Source of the DNA: Candidatus Tectimicrobiota bacterium
GTDB taxonomy: Bacteria; JACPUC01
Direction: 5' to 3'
DNA length: 64,000 bases
NCBI GenBank assembly: GCA_016192455.1
Contig: JACPUC010000002.1
Coordinates: 62,001-126,000 of the forward strand
In this document: positions 9,589-19,711 of the stretch, piece after piece
Layout of the letters: each line of letters opens with the position of its first letter
How positions within the stretch are numbered: position 1 is the first letter of the stretch
Notes under the pieces: model-generated
Told to the model about the DNA's origin: nothing
What the model saw: only the letters and a program-made list of their open reading frames with translations
Databases searched by the model: none
Program-made: the position numbers and the translations under genes

Positions 9589-10995
9589 ATGGCAAAAGAC
9601 CTGCGCTCGTTTCTTGACGAACTGGCGCGCGTGGCGTCAGGAGACCTGCTGCGCATCGCCCGGCCCGTCATGCCGCACCAGTTCGAGGTGACCGCCATCC
9701 TCCAGCAGCTCGAGGACGGCGAGCGCTTCCCGCTGCTGCTCTTCGAGGCGCCGCGCAGTGTCGAGGGGCATCCCTGCCCGTTCCGCTTGGTGAGCAACGT
9801 CTTCGCCACGCGGGAGCGCTGCGCCCTGGCGCTGGGCCGCGAGGCGAGCCAGAGCAAACTGCCGCTGAGCCTCGAGTATGCCCGCCGCGAGCGCCGGCCG
9901 CTCTCCCCGATCACCATCCCCCCAGCGGACGCCCCGGTGAAAGAGGTGGTGCAAGAGGGCGAGGAGGCCGACCTGTCGATTTTTCCCATCGTGCGCCACC
10001 ACGCCATGGACGCCGGGCCGTACTTCGACATGGCCGTCGTCAACCGCGAGCCGCGGGAGGGGTTCTACAACAGCGCCTTCCAGCGCACCATGTACAAGGG
10101 GCCGCGGCGGCTCGGCATCCATCAGTCTCCCCGCCACAACTGGCAGATCGTGCGCTCTCTCGCCCGCCAGGGGAAGCGCGCGCCGATCATCGTCGTCGTC
10201 GGCCACCATCCGGCCTTCTACCTAGGCTGCCTCAACGTCGCCGCCTACGGGGTGGATGACTACGAGCTCATCGGCGGCATCATCGGCGAGCCGCTGCGGC
10301 TCACCCCCTCCGCCACCTGGGGCGAGGAGTTCCTCATCCCCGCCGACGCCGAGCTCGTCATCGAAGGGGATCTCGATCCCCAGGACCTCGAGGTGGAGGC
10401 GCCCTTCGGCGAGTTCACCGGCTACTACGGCCCGCAGCGCCTGCGGCCGGTGATCCACGTGACGGCCGTGAACCACCGCGCCGACGCCATCCTGCAACAC
10501 AACTTCGTGGGTCACCCCGACTGCTGGGTGCTCGGCGGCATTCCGAAAGAGGGGGCGATCTACAACCTTATCAAAGGCGTCGTTCCCGGCGTCACCGCGG
10601 TGCACCTCCCCCTCTCCGGGAGCTGCCGCTTCAACTGCTACATCAGCGTCGATAAGCGCGTCGACGGCGAGACTAAGCAGGCGGCGCTCCTGGCCCTCGG
10701 CGCGGTGGATTTCGTGAAGAACGTCATCGTCGTGGACGCGGACATCGATGTCTTCAACGAGCGCCAGGTGATGTTCGCGGTGGCGACGCGCACCCAGGCC
10801 GATCAGGATGTCGAGATCATCAAGAACGCCAAAGGGAACACCCTCGATCCCTCGCAGACGCACGACATCATGGGGAGCAAGCTCATCATCGACGCCACCA
10901 TGCCGCTTGACCGTCCCTTCGCGGAGCGCGTCGCGGTGCCGAAATTCGCCCTTGAGAAATTCCCCTTGGAGGAGTACTTCCCCGAGGAGGCGTGA
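9589..10995 (+). CDS. UbiD family (prFMN-dependent) decarboxylase
   Basis: DLRSFL start, AELVIEG, EAPFGEFTGYY, VVDADIDV, LDPS, KLIIDAT. Confidence 0.92.
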   Translation: MAKDLRSFLDELARVASGDLLRIARPVMPHQFEVTAILQQLEDGERFPLLLFEAPRSVEGHPCPFRLVSNVFATRERCALALGREASQSKLPLSLEYARRERRPLSPITIPPADAPVKEVVQEGEEADLSIFPIVRHHAMDAGPYFDMAVVNREPREGFYNSAFQRTMYKGPRRLGIHQSPRHNWQIVRSLARQGKRAPIIVVVGHHPAFYLGCLNVAAYGVDDYELIGGIIGEPLRLTPSATWGEEFLIPADAELVIEGDLDPQDLEVEAPFGEFTGYYGPQRLRPVIHVTAVNHRADAILQHNFVGHPDCWVLGGIPKEGAIYNLIKGVVPGVTAVHLPLSGSCRFNCYISVDKRVDGETKQAALLALGAVDFVKNVIVVDADIDVFNERQVMFAVATRTQADQDVEIIKNAKGNTLDPSQTHDIMGSKLIIDATMPLDRPFAERVAVPKFALEKFPLEEYFPEEA

Positions 10996-11169
10996 GCGCC
11001 GCGCGCGAGCCTCTAACGTCGTTGCGTCGTGACGGCTTGGGTGGCTGCCAGAGAAGGAGAAGTGTTAGGGGAACGAAGTGCGGCGGGCAGGCTGCCGGGA
11101 GGCGCGGGGTCGGCACGATGCCGCCTCGGTGCCTCCCGGGAACGACGCGAGCTGCAGCGTGCTGCGCAG

Positions 11170-11766
11170 CTACGGCAGGATGCCGACGACGGCGTACTCC
11201 GCCGGCCCGTTCGCCGGCTTCATGCCGATCACGACGACTTCCTGGCCCACTTTCAAGTCTTCCTTTTTTGCCGACGTCAGGCGGGTGATGACGGCCTTTT
11301 CGGGAATCTCCACGGTCTCCGACTTGTCTTTGTACTTGACAACGATGTCGTGCCCCATCCCCTTCTTCATGATCGAGGCGACGGCGGCGTTGGTCATCAT
11401 GTTCCCGCCGTAGAAGGGGAATTGCCCTTCAGCCCGGCCGCGCATGTCCTCGGGGAAGACGTGCACCATGGAGGCCGACATCATGCCGCCGCCCATGCGC
11501 TTGCCGGTGATGCCGATGTAGTCGTTCGGCTTCAGGTCGTTGAAGCTGATCGGCGCGTAGCGTCTGACGCCCAGCTTGGCGAGCGGCACCGTCGTCAGCT
11601 CGCCGTCGGGGGTCTTCACCGTCACGCCTTTCTCCGCCACCGCCGTGATCATGCCGCGAGCGCTCAGGCGCTGCGCCCCGGGAGCCGCACCCTGTGCCGT
11701 GGCGACAGCGCTGCTCGCCAGCAGCACGAAGACGATGAGCAATCCTCTTGCAACGCGATGTTTCAT
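11170..11766 (-). CDS. secreted hypothetical protein with two OB-fold-like (DUF5666-like) repeats
   Basis: Signal peptide; repeated DLKP/DLKVG beta motifs; VHVFPEDMRG; GGGG RBS. Confidence 0.7.
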   Translation of the reverse strand: MKHRVARGLLIVFVLLASSAVATAQGAAPGAQRLSARGMITAVAEKGVTVKTPDGELTTVPLAKLGVRRYAPISFNDLKPNDYIGITGKRMGGGMMSASMVHVFPEDMRGRAEGQFPFYGGNMMTNAAVASIMKKGMGHDIVVKYKDKSETVEIPEKAVITRLTSAKKEDLKVGQEVVVIGMKPANGPAEYAVVGILP

Positions 11767-12089
11767 CGGTGTTCCCCCTTTCGCAGGTTCTTCTGGTGAG
11801 TATTCCTCTCAGGGCGCGGCCTGGGCGGCGCCCTGCGTTCTTGCGAATGTCAGGCAATCATAGTCAATTCCGAAGCTGGGCGCTATGCTCTTGGGGGCAC
11901 GAGCGCGAGGCTTGACCTCCGTGCGGGGCGGATGATCGGGAGCAGGGCGAGGGCGGTGCGCTCGCGCCCTTCACCTGCCCTTTGCGCCGGCGGTTCGTCC
12001 TTGACTTCGCCGCGGGCGCGAACCACCATCAATGGCGGAGCGGGTGTGACAGGCGGAGGCGGTGCGACGCTACAGAGGAGCGACGGGGC

Positions 12090-13802
12090 GTGAGCGTGCC
12101 GGCAGACGCAGAGGAAGAACGGGAAAGCCTGGACCTTGATGTCCTGTTCGTTGGAGCCGGGCCGGCGACCCTCGCCGGAGCTCTCCATCTCAGCAACCTG
12201 ATCGCCCGTCACAACGACAGCGTCGGCGCCGGCGGCAGGCGGCTCGAGGCGCCGGCGATCGCGGTCATCGAGAAAGGCGCGGCGCTGGGGAACCACAGCC
12301 TCTCAGGCGCCGTCATGAACCCCGTGGCGCTGCGCGAGCTGATGCCCGATTTCCTCCAGCGCGGCGCCCCCCTCGACCACGAAGTCACCGAGGACGCCGT
12401 CTACTTCCTGACCGAGCGCCAGGCCCTGAAGCTGCCGATCACCCCTCCGCCGATGCGCAACCACGGCAACTACGTGGTCTCGCTCAACAGGCTGGTGAAG
12501 TGGCTGGGCGAGCAGGTGGAGGCCGCGGGGGCGGACGTGTTCCCCGGGTTTGCCGGCGTCCAGGTCCTTTACGAAGGCGAGCGCGTCGTCGGCGTGCGCA
12601 CCGGGGATAAGGGTATCGATGCCCAGGGGCGGCGCCGCAGCAACTTCGAGCCCGGCATCGACCTAAAAGCGAAGGTCACCGTCTTCGGCGAGGGGGCGCG
12701 GGGCTCGCTGACGAAAGAGCTGGTGAAACGGTTGGCGCTTGATTCAGGCAGCAGCCCGCAGCTTTACGCCACGGGAGTGAAGGAGGTGTGGGAGGTGCCG
12801 GCCGCCCGCACCAAGCCGGGGCGCGTCCTGCACACGCTCGGCTACCCGCTCCAGCGCGAAACCTTCGGTGGCGGCTTCCTTTACACGATGGCGCAGAACC
12901 TTGTGAGCGTGGGGTTCGTCGTCGGTCTCGACTATGCCGATCCCTTCCTCGATCCCCATGCCGAGCTGCAGCGGTTCAAGCTGCACCCCCTGGTCGCCAC
13001 CCTCCTGCGCGACGGCAAGATGCTCCACTACGGCGCCAAGACCATCCCCGAGGGGGGCTACTACTCGATCCCCCGGCTGACCTGTGCCGGCGGTCTCCTG
13101 GTAGGAGACTCGGCCGGCCTCGTCAACGTGCCGCGGCTGAAGGGCATCCACTACGCCATGAAGTCGGGCATGCTGGCGGCGGAGACGATCCTCGATGGGC
13201 TGCTGGCGGATGATTTCAGCGCCGCCGCGCTCGGCCGGTATGAGACGGCGCTGCGCGCCAGCTACGTGGGGCGGGACCTCTACGCCATGCGGCATTTCCG
13301 GCAGGCCTTCGAGGGCGGACTCTGGTCGGGGATGCTGAAGTCGGGACTCATCTTCGCCACGGCCGGCCGCTGGCCGTTCAAACGGCGGCAACCCCTGGAG
13401 GATCACCGCCATCTCCGCAAGCTTGCGGGGCGTGCCGCAGGCCGGCAGGCGCCGGCGGACGGCAAGGGGCTGCGCTTCGACGATCAGCTCACCTTCGCCA
13501 AGCTGACCGATGTCTACCACTCCGGCACCACGCACGAGGAGAACCAGCCGGCCCATCTCCTGGTGCCCGATCGCCGGCTCTGCAGCACCAAGTGCCGGGA
13601 GGAGTACGGCAATCCCTGCCAGTTCTTCTGCCCGGCGCAGGTCTACGAGATGGAAGCCGATGAGGCTGGGGGCGGCAACCACCTGAAGCTGAACCCCAGC
13701 AACTGCGTGCACTGCAAGACCTGCGACATCAAGGACCCCTACGGCAACATCACCTGGGTTCCACCCGAAGGCGGCGGCGGACCGGTGTATACGAATCTCT
13801 GA
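12090..13802 (+). CDS. electron transfer flavoprotein-ubiquinone oxidoreductase
   Basis: VGAGPA, HSLSGAV, GVKEVW, KGIHYAMKSG, C-terminal CPAQVYE/NCVHCKTCDIKDP/PEGGGGP; GAGGAG RBS before GTG 12090. Confidence 0.95.
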   Translation: MSVPADAEEERESLDLDVLFVGAGPATLAGALHLSNLIARHNDSVGAGGRRLEAPAIAVIEKGAALGNHSLSGAVMNPVALRELMPDFLQRGAPLDHEVTEDAVYFLTERQALKLPITPPPMRNHGNYVVSLNRLVKWLGEQVEAAGADVFPGFAGVQVLYEGERVVGVRTGDKGIDAQGRRRSNFEPGIDLKAKVTVFGEGARGSLTKELVKRLALDSGSSPQLYATGVKEVWEVPAARTKPGRVLHTLGYPLQRETFGGGFLYTMAQNLVSVGFVVGLDYADPFLDPHAELQRFKLHPLVATLLRDGKMLHYGAKTIPEGGYYSIPRLTCAGGLLVGDSAGLVNVPRLKGIHYAMKSGMLAAETILDGLLADDFSAAALGRYETALRASYVGRDLYAMRHFRQAFEGGLWSGMLKSGLIFATAGRWPFKRRQPLEDHRHLRKLAGRAAGRQAPADGKGLRFDDQLTFAKLTDVYHSGTTHEENQPAHLLVPDRRLCSTKCREEYGNPCQFFCPAQVYEMEADEAGGGNHLKLNPSNCVHCKTCDIKDPYGNITWVPPEGGGGPVYTNL

Positions 13803-13973
13803 GGCTTGGCTCGCCGCCCTCGTCGCGTCGCTGCGGTGCGCGTCGCTCGCCCCCGCTGAACAGCGGAGACGCGTGGCTGCGACGGCTGTCCGGAGGCATC
13901 GAGGCAAGGGCTGTCGCCGAGAACAGCGAGGCTCCGCGGGACGAGGAGGGCGGCAGGGTGGAACCGGGCCGCG

Positions 13974-15443
13974 TTACGCCACCGCCGGGGGCCGGCGGCG
14001 GCGCAACAGCATGAGAGCGAGGATCACCAGGAGGAGGTTCTCCAGCGCCAAGATCGCCCAAGCGACCCAAGCGGGCGCCTGCCCGTCCCCGCCCCCAAGG
14101 CTGCCCAGGAACGAGGTGGAGCGCCTGCCGCCCGCGCGTTGGCTGTCCGCTTGCTGCCGCAGCACCGCCTGGCGAACGGCTTGCACCTCTTTGGCGATGG
14201 AGTTCGACGTCTCGGAGAGAGATGCCAAGTGCTGCAAGATGCGCTCGCCCTGTTCTCCCTGAAGAACTGCCGTGGCAGCCGTAGGAGCCGCCGCCGCCGC
14301 GGGGGCCTCGCGGCTGGCGCTCGAGGTGCCCTCCTGAGGCGCGCCTGGCGACGGTTGCGCGGCCGAGGCCATCTCAACCTGGCCCGGCGCCGCTGCTTCC
14401 CGAACCAGAGCGAGCAGCGCGGGCGCCCCATTCCCGGCGCCTCCAGCCCGCGACCGCGCGTCGCGACCCGGCGCGCCCTGCTGCTCATCGGGAGCGGTCA
14501 ACGTCGTTGCCTGCTGCTCGATGATCTTGCGGGCTTCGCGGTGGCTGATGCCGGCCATGCGCTCGCGCACCTGCCCCACGGCGAGGCGCTCCCCGGCCCG
14601 CAAGCGGTGGATATTCCCATCGACGAACTTTTCGCGGTTCATCCGCCAGAGCGCCACAGCGGCCTTCGAGAGATCAGCCTCCGGAATGCCGAGCCGGCGC
14701 CCCACGTTGAAGAGGGTCTCCCCCCCGGCGACAGGGCCAAAGTCATCCGCAGAAGCGGCGCCTGAGGCCCGGCCTGACTGGCTCGGGGAGCGCGGGTCCT
14801 GGGAGGCAGCGACAGGCGCGGCGCCTGAGCCGGCGGTCTCTCCGGCCTGAGCCATCGCCGCGGTTCCCGACCCTGAGGCCGTCATGCCATTGCCCGCCGT
14901 TGCCTCGCCGCTGCGCGGCTCTCCGGCCTCCGCGGGGCCAAGGGCGGCGAGCTTTGCCGCAGCATAGGCGGGATCATAGGGGCTGAGCTCCTGATAGGCT
15001 TCCCGCGCCAGGTGAAGCGACGCGGCGCGCTCCGCGAGAGGGGCGCCGGAGGCCACGCTGCGCTGGTACTCCCCAGCCAGGCGGTCGGCGGTGAAGCGCA
15101 GTGCCAGGCCCTGCATCTGCTTCACGGGGAAAACCCGGTTGACCAGGACGCCTGGGGCGCGGACCTCCAGCTCGACGTCCTTGATCTCCTTGATCGTGAA
15201 GCTGATCTGCGAGGGGGTGAAAGAGAGCCCCCTAGGTTCCGGCTGCACGACCCGCACCTCGAGGCTCGCGTCGCCGAGCTCCTCGGGGAGGGTCAGCGGC
15301 ACCTGGATGCGGTAGCCGCTCTGATCGACGGCGGTGATGCTCGGCTCACCCAGTCTCATCGGTGCGGCGCTGCGGCCCAACCACACCGGCGGTCCTGCGA
15401 CCAGCCCAACGACGAGCGCAGCAATGCCGAGGCGCTTTGCCAT
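13974..15443 (-). CDS. FimV-like LysM-domain envelope protein with a C-terminal membrane anchor
   Basis: Signal peptide, FimV N-terminal-like LGEP motif, LysM/FimV core (GETLFNV...ALWRMNREKFVDGNIHRLRAGERL), coiled coil, TM helix followed by RRRR. Confidence 0.7.
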   Translation of the reverse strand: MAKRLGIAALVVGLVAGPPVWLGRSAAPMRLGEPSITAVDQSGYRIQVPLTLPEELGDASLEVRVVQPEPRGLSFTPSQISFTIKEIKDVELEVRAPGVLVNRVFPVKQMQGLALRFTADRLAGEYQRSVASGAPLAERAASLHLAREAYQELSPYDPAYAAAKLAALGPAEAGEPRSGEATAGNGMTASGSGTAAMAQAGETAGSGAAPVAASQDPRSPSQSGRASGAASADDFGPVAGGETLFNVGRRLGIPEADLSKAAVALWRMNREKFVDGNIHRLRAGERLAVGQVRERMAGISHREARKIIEQQATTLTAPDEQQGAPGRDARSRAGGAGNGAPALLALVREAAAPGQVEMASAAQPSPGAPQEGTSSASREAPAAAAAPTAATAVLQGEQGERILQHLASLSETSNSIAKEVQAVRQAVLRQQADSQRAGGRRSTSFLGSLGGGDGQAPAWVAWAILALENLLLVILALMLLRRRRPPAVA

Positions 15444-15990
15444 GACGGTTCCCCTTTTGGCTGCAAACCGAGTAGTGGCTCCCGCAGGACGTTGGCTCAT
15501 TCCCTTCCACCGCTTGGGGCAAATTCGAGCCTGCCGTGCTTCTCCATCGCGCCTGCGGCATGCCCCTTGTGACGCCACCCTCGTGCCTGCCCAGCAGCGA
15601 ACGTACAGTCTTCTCGCCTCTCCACGGCAGTCACCTGAGGCTAAGGATTATACGAATCTCAGCCAGTGTCAAGAGTCCAATTGACAAAGTCGGCCTCTCC
15701 GGCTGGTTCCCTTACTCCCATGCGCGTGACCTTCACGCCGCGTACTGGGCGCTGAGTGGTGCGCCCGCCCAGCGGCGCTCATCAAGACGCCGAGGCCACG
15801 CCGCGCCAACGGCGCGGCGCTGGAGCGCCTCGCCGCGCTCCTCTCGCGCCGAGGTTCCCCCCGGGAGGCGTGGCGCAGTCGCAGCGGCTGGACCTCTCAG
15901 GAGCATACCCTCCGACCGGCCGCACACGCAACCGATCCTGAGAGTCTCCGAGAATCCCGGCCTCGCCGGCCGCCCGTGAGAGGAATAGAG

Positions 15991-17703
15991 ATGCGACGGA
16001 GGCGGTGGTGCGGCAAGCAGGCAGGGTGGGGTGTCAAGAGGTTGACACATCCATTCATCCAACTTGTCGCTCTCCTCGTTTGCGCCTGCCTGCTCAGCGG
16101 CGCGAGGGCCGCAGCCTTCGTGACCTCGCGCGCCCCGTCAGGCGCGGAGATTCTCTGGCCGCCCGATCGCCTCCCCACTCTCACCTACAGCCTCAGCTCG
16201 ATCCCACCGGTAAACACTTCTCAGCCTGGTGTGCAAGAAGCGATCCGCGCCAGCTTCCAGGCCTGGCAGGATGTGGAGACCAGCGTCCTCCGCTTCCAGG
16301 AGGGGGAGCCCGTAGCCGCCAATGAGCCCGGCCAGGACGGCGTGAACCTCGTGGCCTTCAACCCCTCCTCGGTCGACTTTCCGAGCAACTCGATTGCGGC
16401 GTTGACAAGCGTGGTCTTCGACTTCACGAGCGGCAAAATCCTCGATGCCGACATCATCCTCAATGATAACCTGACGTTCACCCTTGACGGCCCCGGGAAC
16501 CTTGACTTGCAAGCGATCGTCACGCATGAGGTCGGCCACTTCCTGGGTCTCGACCATGTGCTGCTCAATCAGGAGCTGCCGGCGTTCCCCGCGCGCACGC
16601 CGACGATGAACCCGGTCACCATCGGCCCGCCCGCCCGGACGCTGGAGCTCGACGACCGGGCGGGCGTCTCCTTCCTCTATCCGGTGGAGGGGTATGCGGA
16701 GCAGGTCGGCATCCTGAGAGGCCAGGCCTTTCCCATTGGCCAGCCGGCCCCGGTTTTCGGTGGGATGATCGTCGCCGTCGATGCGGAGACGGCGGCGGAG
16801 GTCCTGAGCGGCATCAGCGAGCGCTCCGGCGACTACCTCCTCTACGGCGTCCCCCCCGGGCGCTACACCCTGCACCTGCGCCAGGTGGACCCGGCGATCT
16901 TCCTGCGGGGCTACTTCGGGCAGGTTTCGCGCGGTGTCGCCCCGCAGACCTTGGGTGGCGAGGCGCAGCCGCTGATCCTGAACATCACCCCGGGCCTGAC
17001 GTTGGGCGGGCTGGACTTCGGCGGCGGCCCGCTCCCCACCCCGATCGGGCCGGGACAGATTGTGGATGGCGAGCTCCTCTTCCCGGACCAAACCGACCGC
17101 TACCGGCTTCAGGGCCAGGCAGGTCGATTCTTGACGATCGCCATGAATCGTGCCAGCGACGGACCCGATGCGCGCGGCAGCGTCCTGGACCCCCTCCTCG
17201 AACTCTACCTGCCCGATGGCCGGCGCGTTCTCGATGACGACAGCGGCGGCATGCCGGGTCAAGGCGCCAATGCGCTCATCGCCGACTTCCGCTTCCCTGT
17301 CACTGGCGAGTACCTCATCGTGGCGGCAGGCTTCCTGGGGCAAGGGAACGAGACCGGCCGCTACTCCCTCATCCTCGGCACGGAGTCCCGCAATCTTCTC
17401 CTCATCGACCCGCCAAGCGGGCCCGTGCCGTCGCCCTTCACCCTGCAGATGCACGTGGCCAATCCCCAGGGGCTGGAGGGCCTCGATCCCTCCCAAGTGA
17501 GCGTCGTGCTCAATGACCGCGTCATTGATCACCAGGGCCTTCTTGGCCTCATCGACGAAGGCGTCGTGACGGTGGAGAGCGTCGCCGGCACCACCCTCAT
17601 ACTCAAAGCCGAGCGGCTGCCGTTTCCCCTGCCGGAGATCAGCGTTCCCACCACGGTGCGCTTCCGCGTCGGCAGCGACGAGGCGGTGGTGGTGTATGAG
17701 TGA
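15991..17703 (+). CDS. secreted matrixin (M10-like) zinc metalloprotease with Ig/PPC-like C-terminal domains
   Basis: DADIILN, HEVGHFLGLDH zinc motif, PTMNP Met-turn, DPLLEL...DDDSGG PPC motif; start uncertain. Confidence 0.85.
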   Translation: MRRRRWCGKQAGWGVKRLTHPFIQLVALLVCACLLSGARAAAFVTSRAPSGAEILWPPDRLPTLTYSLSSIPPVNTSQPGVQEAIRASFQAWQDVETSVLRFQEGEPVAANEPGQDGVNLVAFNPSSVDFPSNSIAALTSVVFDFTSGKILDADIILNDNLTFTLDGPGNLDLQAIVTHEVGHFLGLDHVLLNQELPAFPARTPTMNPVTIGPPARTLELDDRAGVSFLYPVEGYAEQVGILRGQAFPIGQPAPVFGGMIVAVDAETAAEVLSGISERSGDYLLYGVPPGRYTLHLRQVDPAIFLRGYFGQVSRGVAPQTLGGEAQPLILNITPGLTLGGLDFGGGPLPTPIGPGQIVDGELLFPDQTDRYRLQGQAGRFLTIAMNRASDGPDARGSVLDPLLELYLPDGRRVLDDDSGGMPGQGANALIADFRFPVTGEYLIVAAGFLGQGNETGRYSLILGTESRNLLLIDPPSGPVPSPFTLQMHVANPQGLEGLDPSQVSVVLNDRVIDHQGLLGLIDEGVVTVESVAGTTLILKAERLPFPLPEISVPTTVRFRVGSDEAVVVYE

Positions 17704-17856
17704 CCTCGTCAAAGGCTGCAGAGAGCCGTGTTTATCCATGGATGGGACTTGAACCTGCTCCCAGTTCTGTTGTAAGCTTGAACGTAGGTTGGAGCATTTT
17801 GGCAGCCCTGCATGCTGGAGTGAGAGGAAGTTCTTCCCTCAACGTGACTGTCCAAT

Positions 17857-19064
17857 ATGGCCCAGTTTATTAAATCATTGAAACTTACCAATCTTCTCTC
17901 ATTTGGTCCAAAGGGCTGTTCCCTTGAGCTCAGACCTCTGACCGTGCTCATCGGTCCGAATGGGGCTGGAAAGTCGAACCTGATTGAAGCGATAAGCTTA
18001 CTTCAGGCAGCGCCGAGTGACTTACAACGCCATGTTCGAGAAGGTGGCGGAGTTCGGGAGTGGTTGTGGAAAGGGAATGAGGGGAATCCCGAAGCTTCCA
18101 TCGAAGCAGTCGTCGAGTACCCGTTTGGAACTATGCCGTTGCGCTATTGCCTGTCGTTTTCACACATGGCGAACCTGTTCTATATTTCAAACGAACGGCT
18201 TGAAAATGAACAATCATTGTCTGGCCAACCAGGACCTTACTTGTTTTTCGGATACGAGCGAGGAAGACCAATGCTTAGTGCCCGGGGGTCGTATATTGAG
18301 CCCCCTTATTATAAAGGCCGTGTGACGATAGAGCTGAACCAGGAGGACTATAGTCGTTTTCAATCTGTCCTCTCCCAGCGGAAAGACCCGACTCATTTTC
18401 CAGAGATCACATACCTGGGATATAAGTTTGGCCAGATACACTTTTATCGAGTATTGAACTTTGGACCATACACTCCTGGTTGTTTACCGCAAGCAGTGGA
18501 TGCGAGGGGGGGGCATTGGAGGAAAACTTTTCCAACCTGGCTATTGTTCTCAACGCCCTTAAGCTTAAAGGAGACGCCTTCCAACAAATTAAGGACAAGA
18601 TACGTGAGGTGTCTGATCAGTTCATTGACTTGGATACTATTGTCGATGGTGGACGTGTTCAGGTATATCTGAAAGAGAAAGGTCTTACATCACTTGTCCC
18701 AGCTACGCGCCTTTCAGATGGAACGATCCGGTACCTCTGCTTGTTGGCCATTCTCTGTCACCCCGAACCGCCACCGCTCATTTGCCTGGAAGAGCCGGAG
18801 CTAGGGCTGCATCCCGAAGTCATTGCGAGCGTGGCCAAGTTGCTGCGGGAAGCCGCGCAGCGCACGCAAATCATCGTTACGACGCACTCGGTTGAGCTGG
18901 TGGATGCGCTGACAGAGGAGCCGGAGGCCGTGGTGGTCTGCGAGCGTGAGGCTGAAGGGACTACCTTCCGGCGGCTCGAACGCTCATCGCTCTCTGAGTG
19001 GTTGGAAAAGTACACCCTCGGCGAGCTGTGGCAGAAAGGCGAAATTGGGGGTACGCGTTGGTAG
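17857..19064 (+). pseudogene. ABC-type AAA ATPase (AAA_21/COG4637-like), frameshifted at the G8 tract 18506-18513
   Basis: Walker A GPNGAGKS in one frame; LSDGT, ICLEEPE, TTHS and LGELWQKGEIGG in the -1 frame; one extra G joins them as ...DARGGALEENFSNL... Confidence 0.85.
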
Positions 19065-19626
19065 GGAGCATCCGCATTTACTTTGAAGGCGATAGGCAGT
19101 TACGCCGAGGTTTTACTGCATTCTTTCGAGCTATTGAGCCAAAACCAAAAGTCGTCGCAGGCGGTTCACAAGCCTTGCAAGATTTCTTTCATGCACTTCG
19201 TATCCACCCTGGTAGCTTTATTATCTTGCTTGTTGACGCCGAAGGACCTATTCAAGAGGCCTGGAATCGGTTGGGGGTCGTAGCGATTGGAAAAAATCCG
19301 CTGCAAGTAAAGATCAGGTCTATTTCATGACGCAGTGTATGGAGGCATGGTTTGTTGCAGATATTGATGCACTGATGAAATACTATGGGCAGCAGTTCAA
19401 CCACAAGATCCTTCCACAGAATCCTGCCGTTGAATCGGTGCCAAAGAAAGACATTTTCAACGGCTTGGCTTCTGCGATTCGAACTACGAAAAAAGAAAAG
19501 TACCATAAGACACGCCACGCCCCCGATCTTCTTGAACTCCTCAACCCGGAGGTCGTGCGACAAAAGGCACCACAATGTAATCTACTCTTCCAGAAACTTG
19601 AAGAGTTAACCGCTGGCAATAGTTAA
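19058..19626 (+). pseudogene. DUF4276 (TOPRIM/RloB-like) protein, frameshifted near 19273-19296
   Basis: TTG start overlaps the ATPase stop; IYFEGD and LLVDAEG in the first frame; DWKK...DQVYFMTQCMEAWFVAD and YHKTRH in the -1 frame. Confidence 0.75.
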
Positions 19627-19711
19627 CTGCGTTAGGTATAGCAAAGTTGGCGGGCTTGATGGCTGACCCGCATCTTGCCTGGTGAAGAGCAACGTTTGCT
19701 CTCTTTCCCGG

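Noticed and set aside
15450-15600. Possible c-di-GMP or cobalamin riboswitch in the FimV-like leader
   Set aside because: Only scattered short matches (GGGAA, GCCAC); the ordered conserved elements are missing.
19620-19640. Integron attC-like TAAC...GTTAGGT at the islet end
   Set aside because: The cores are only 3 bp apart, with no L boxes and no integrase.
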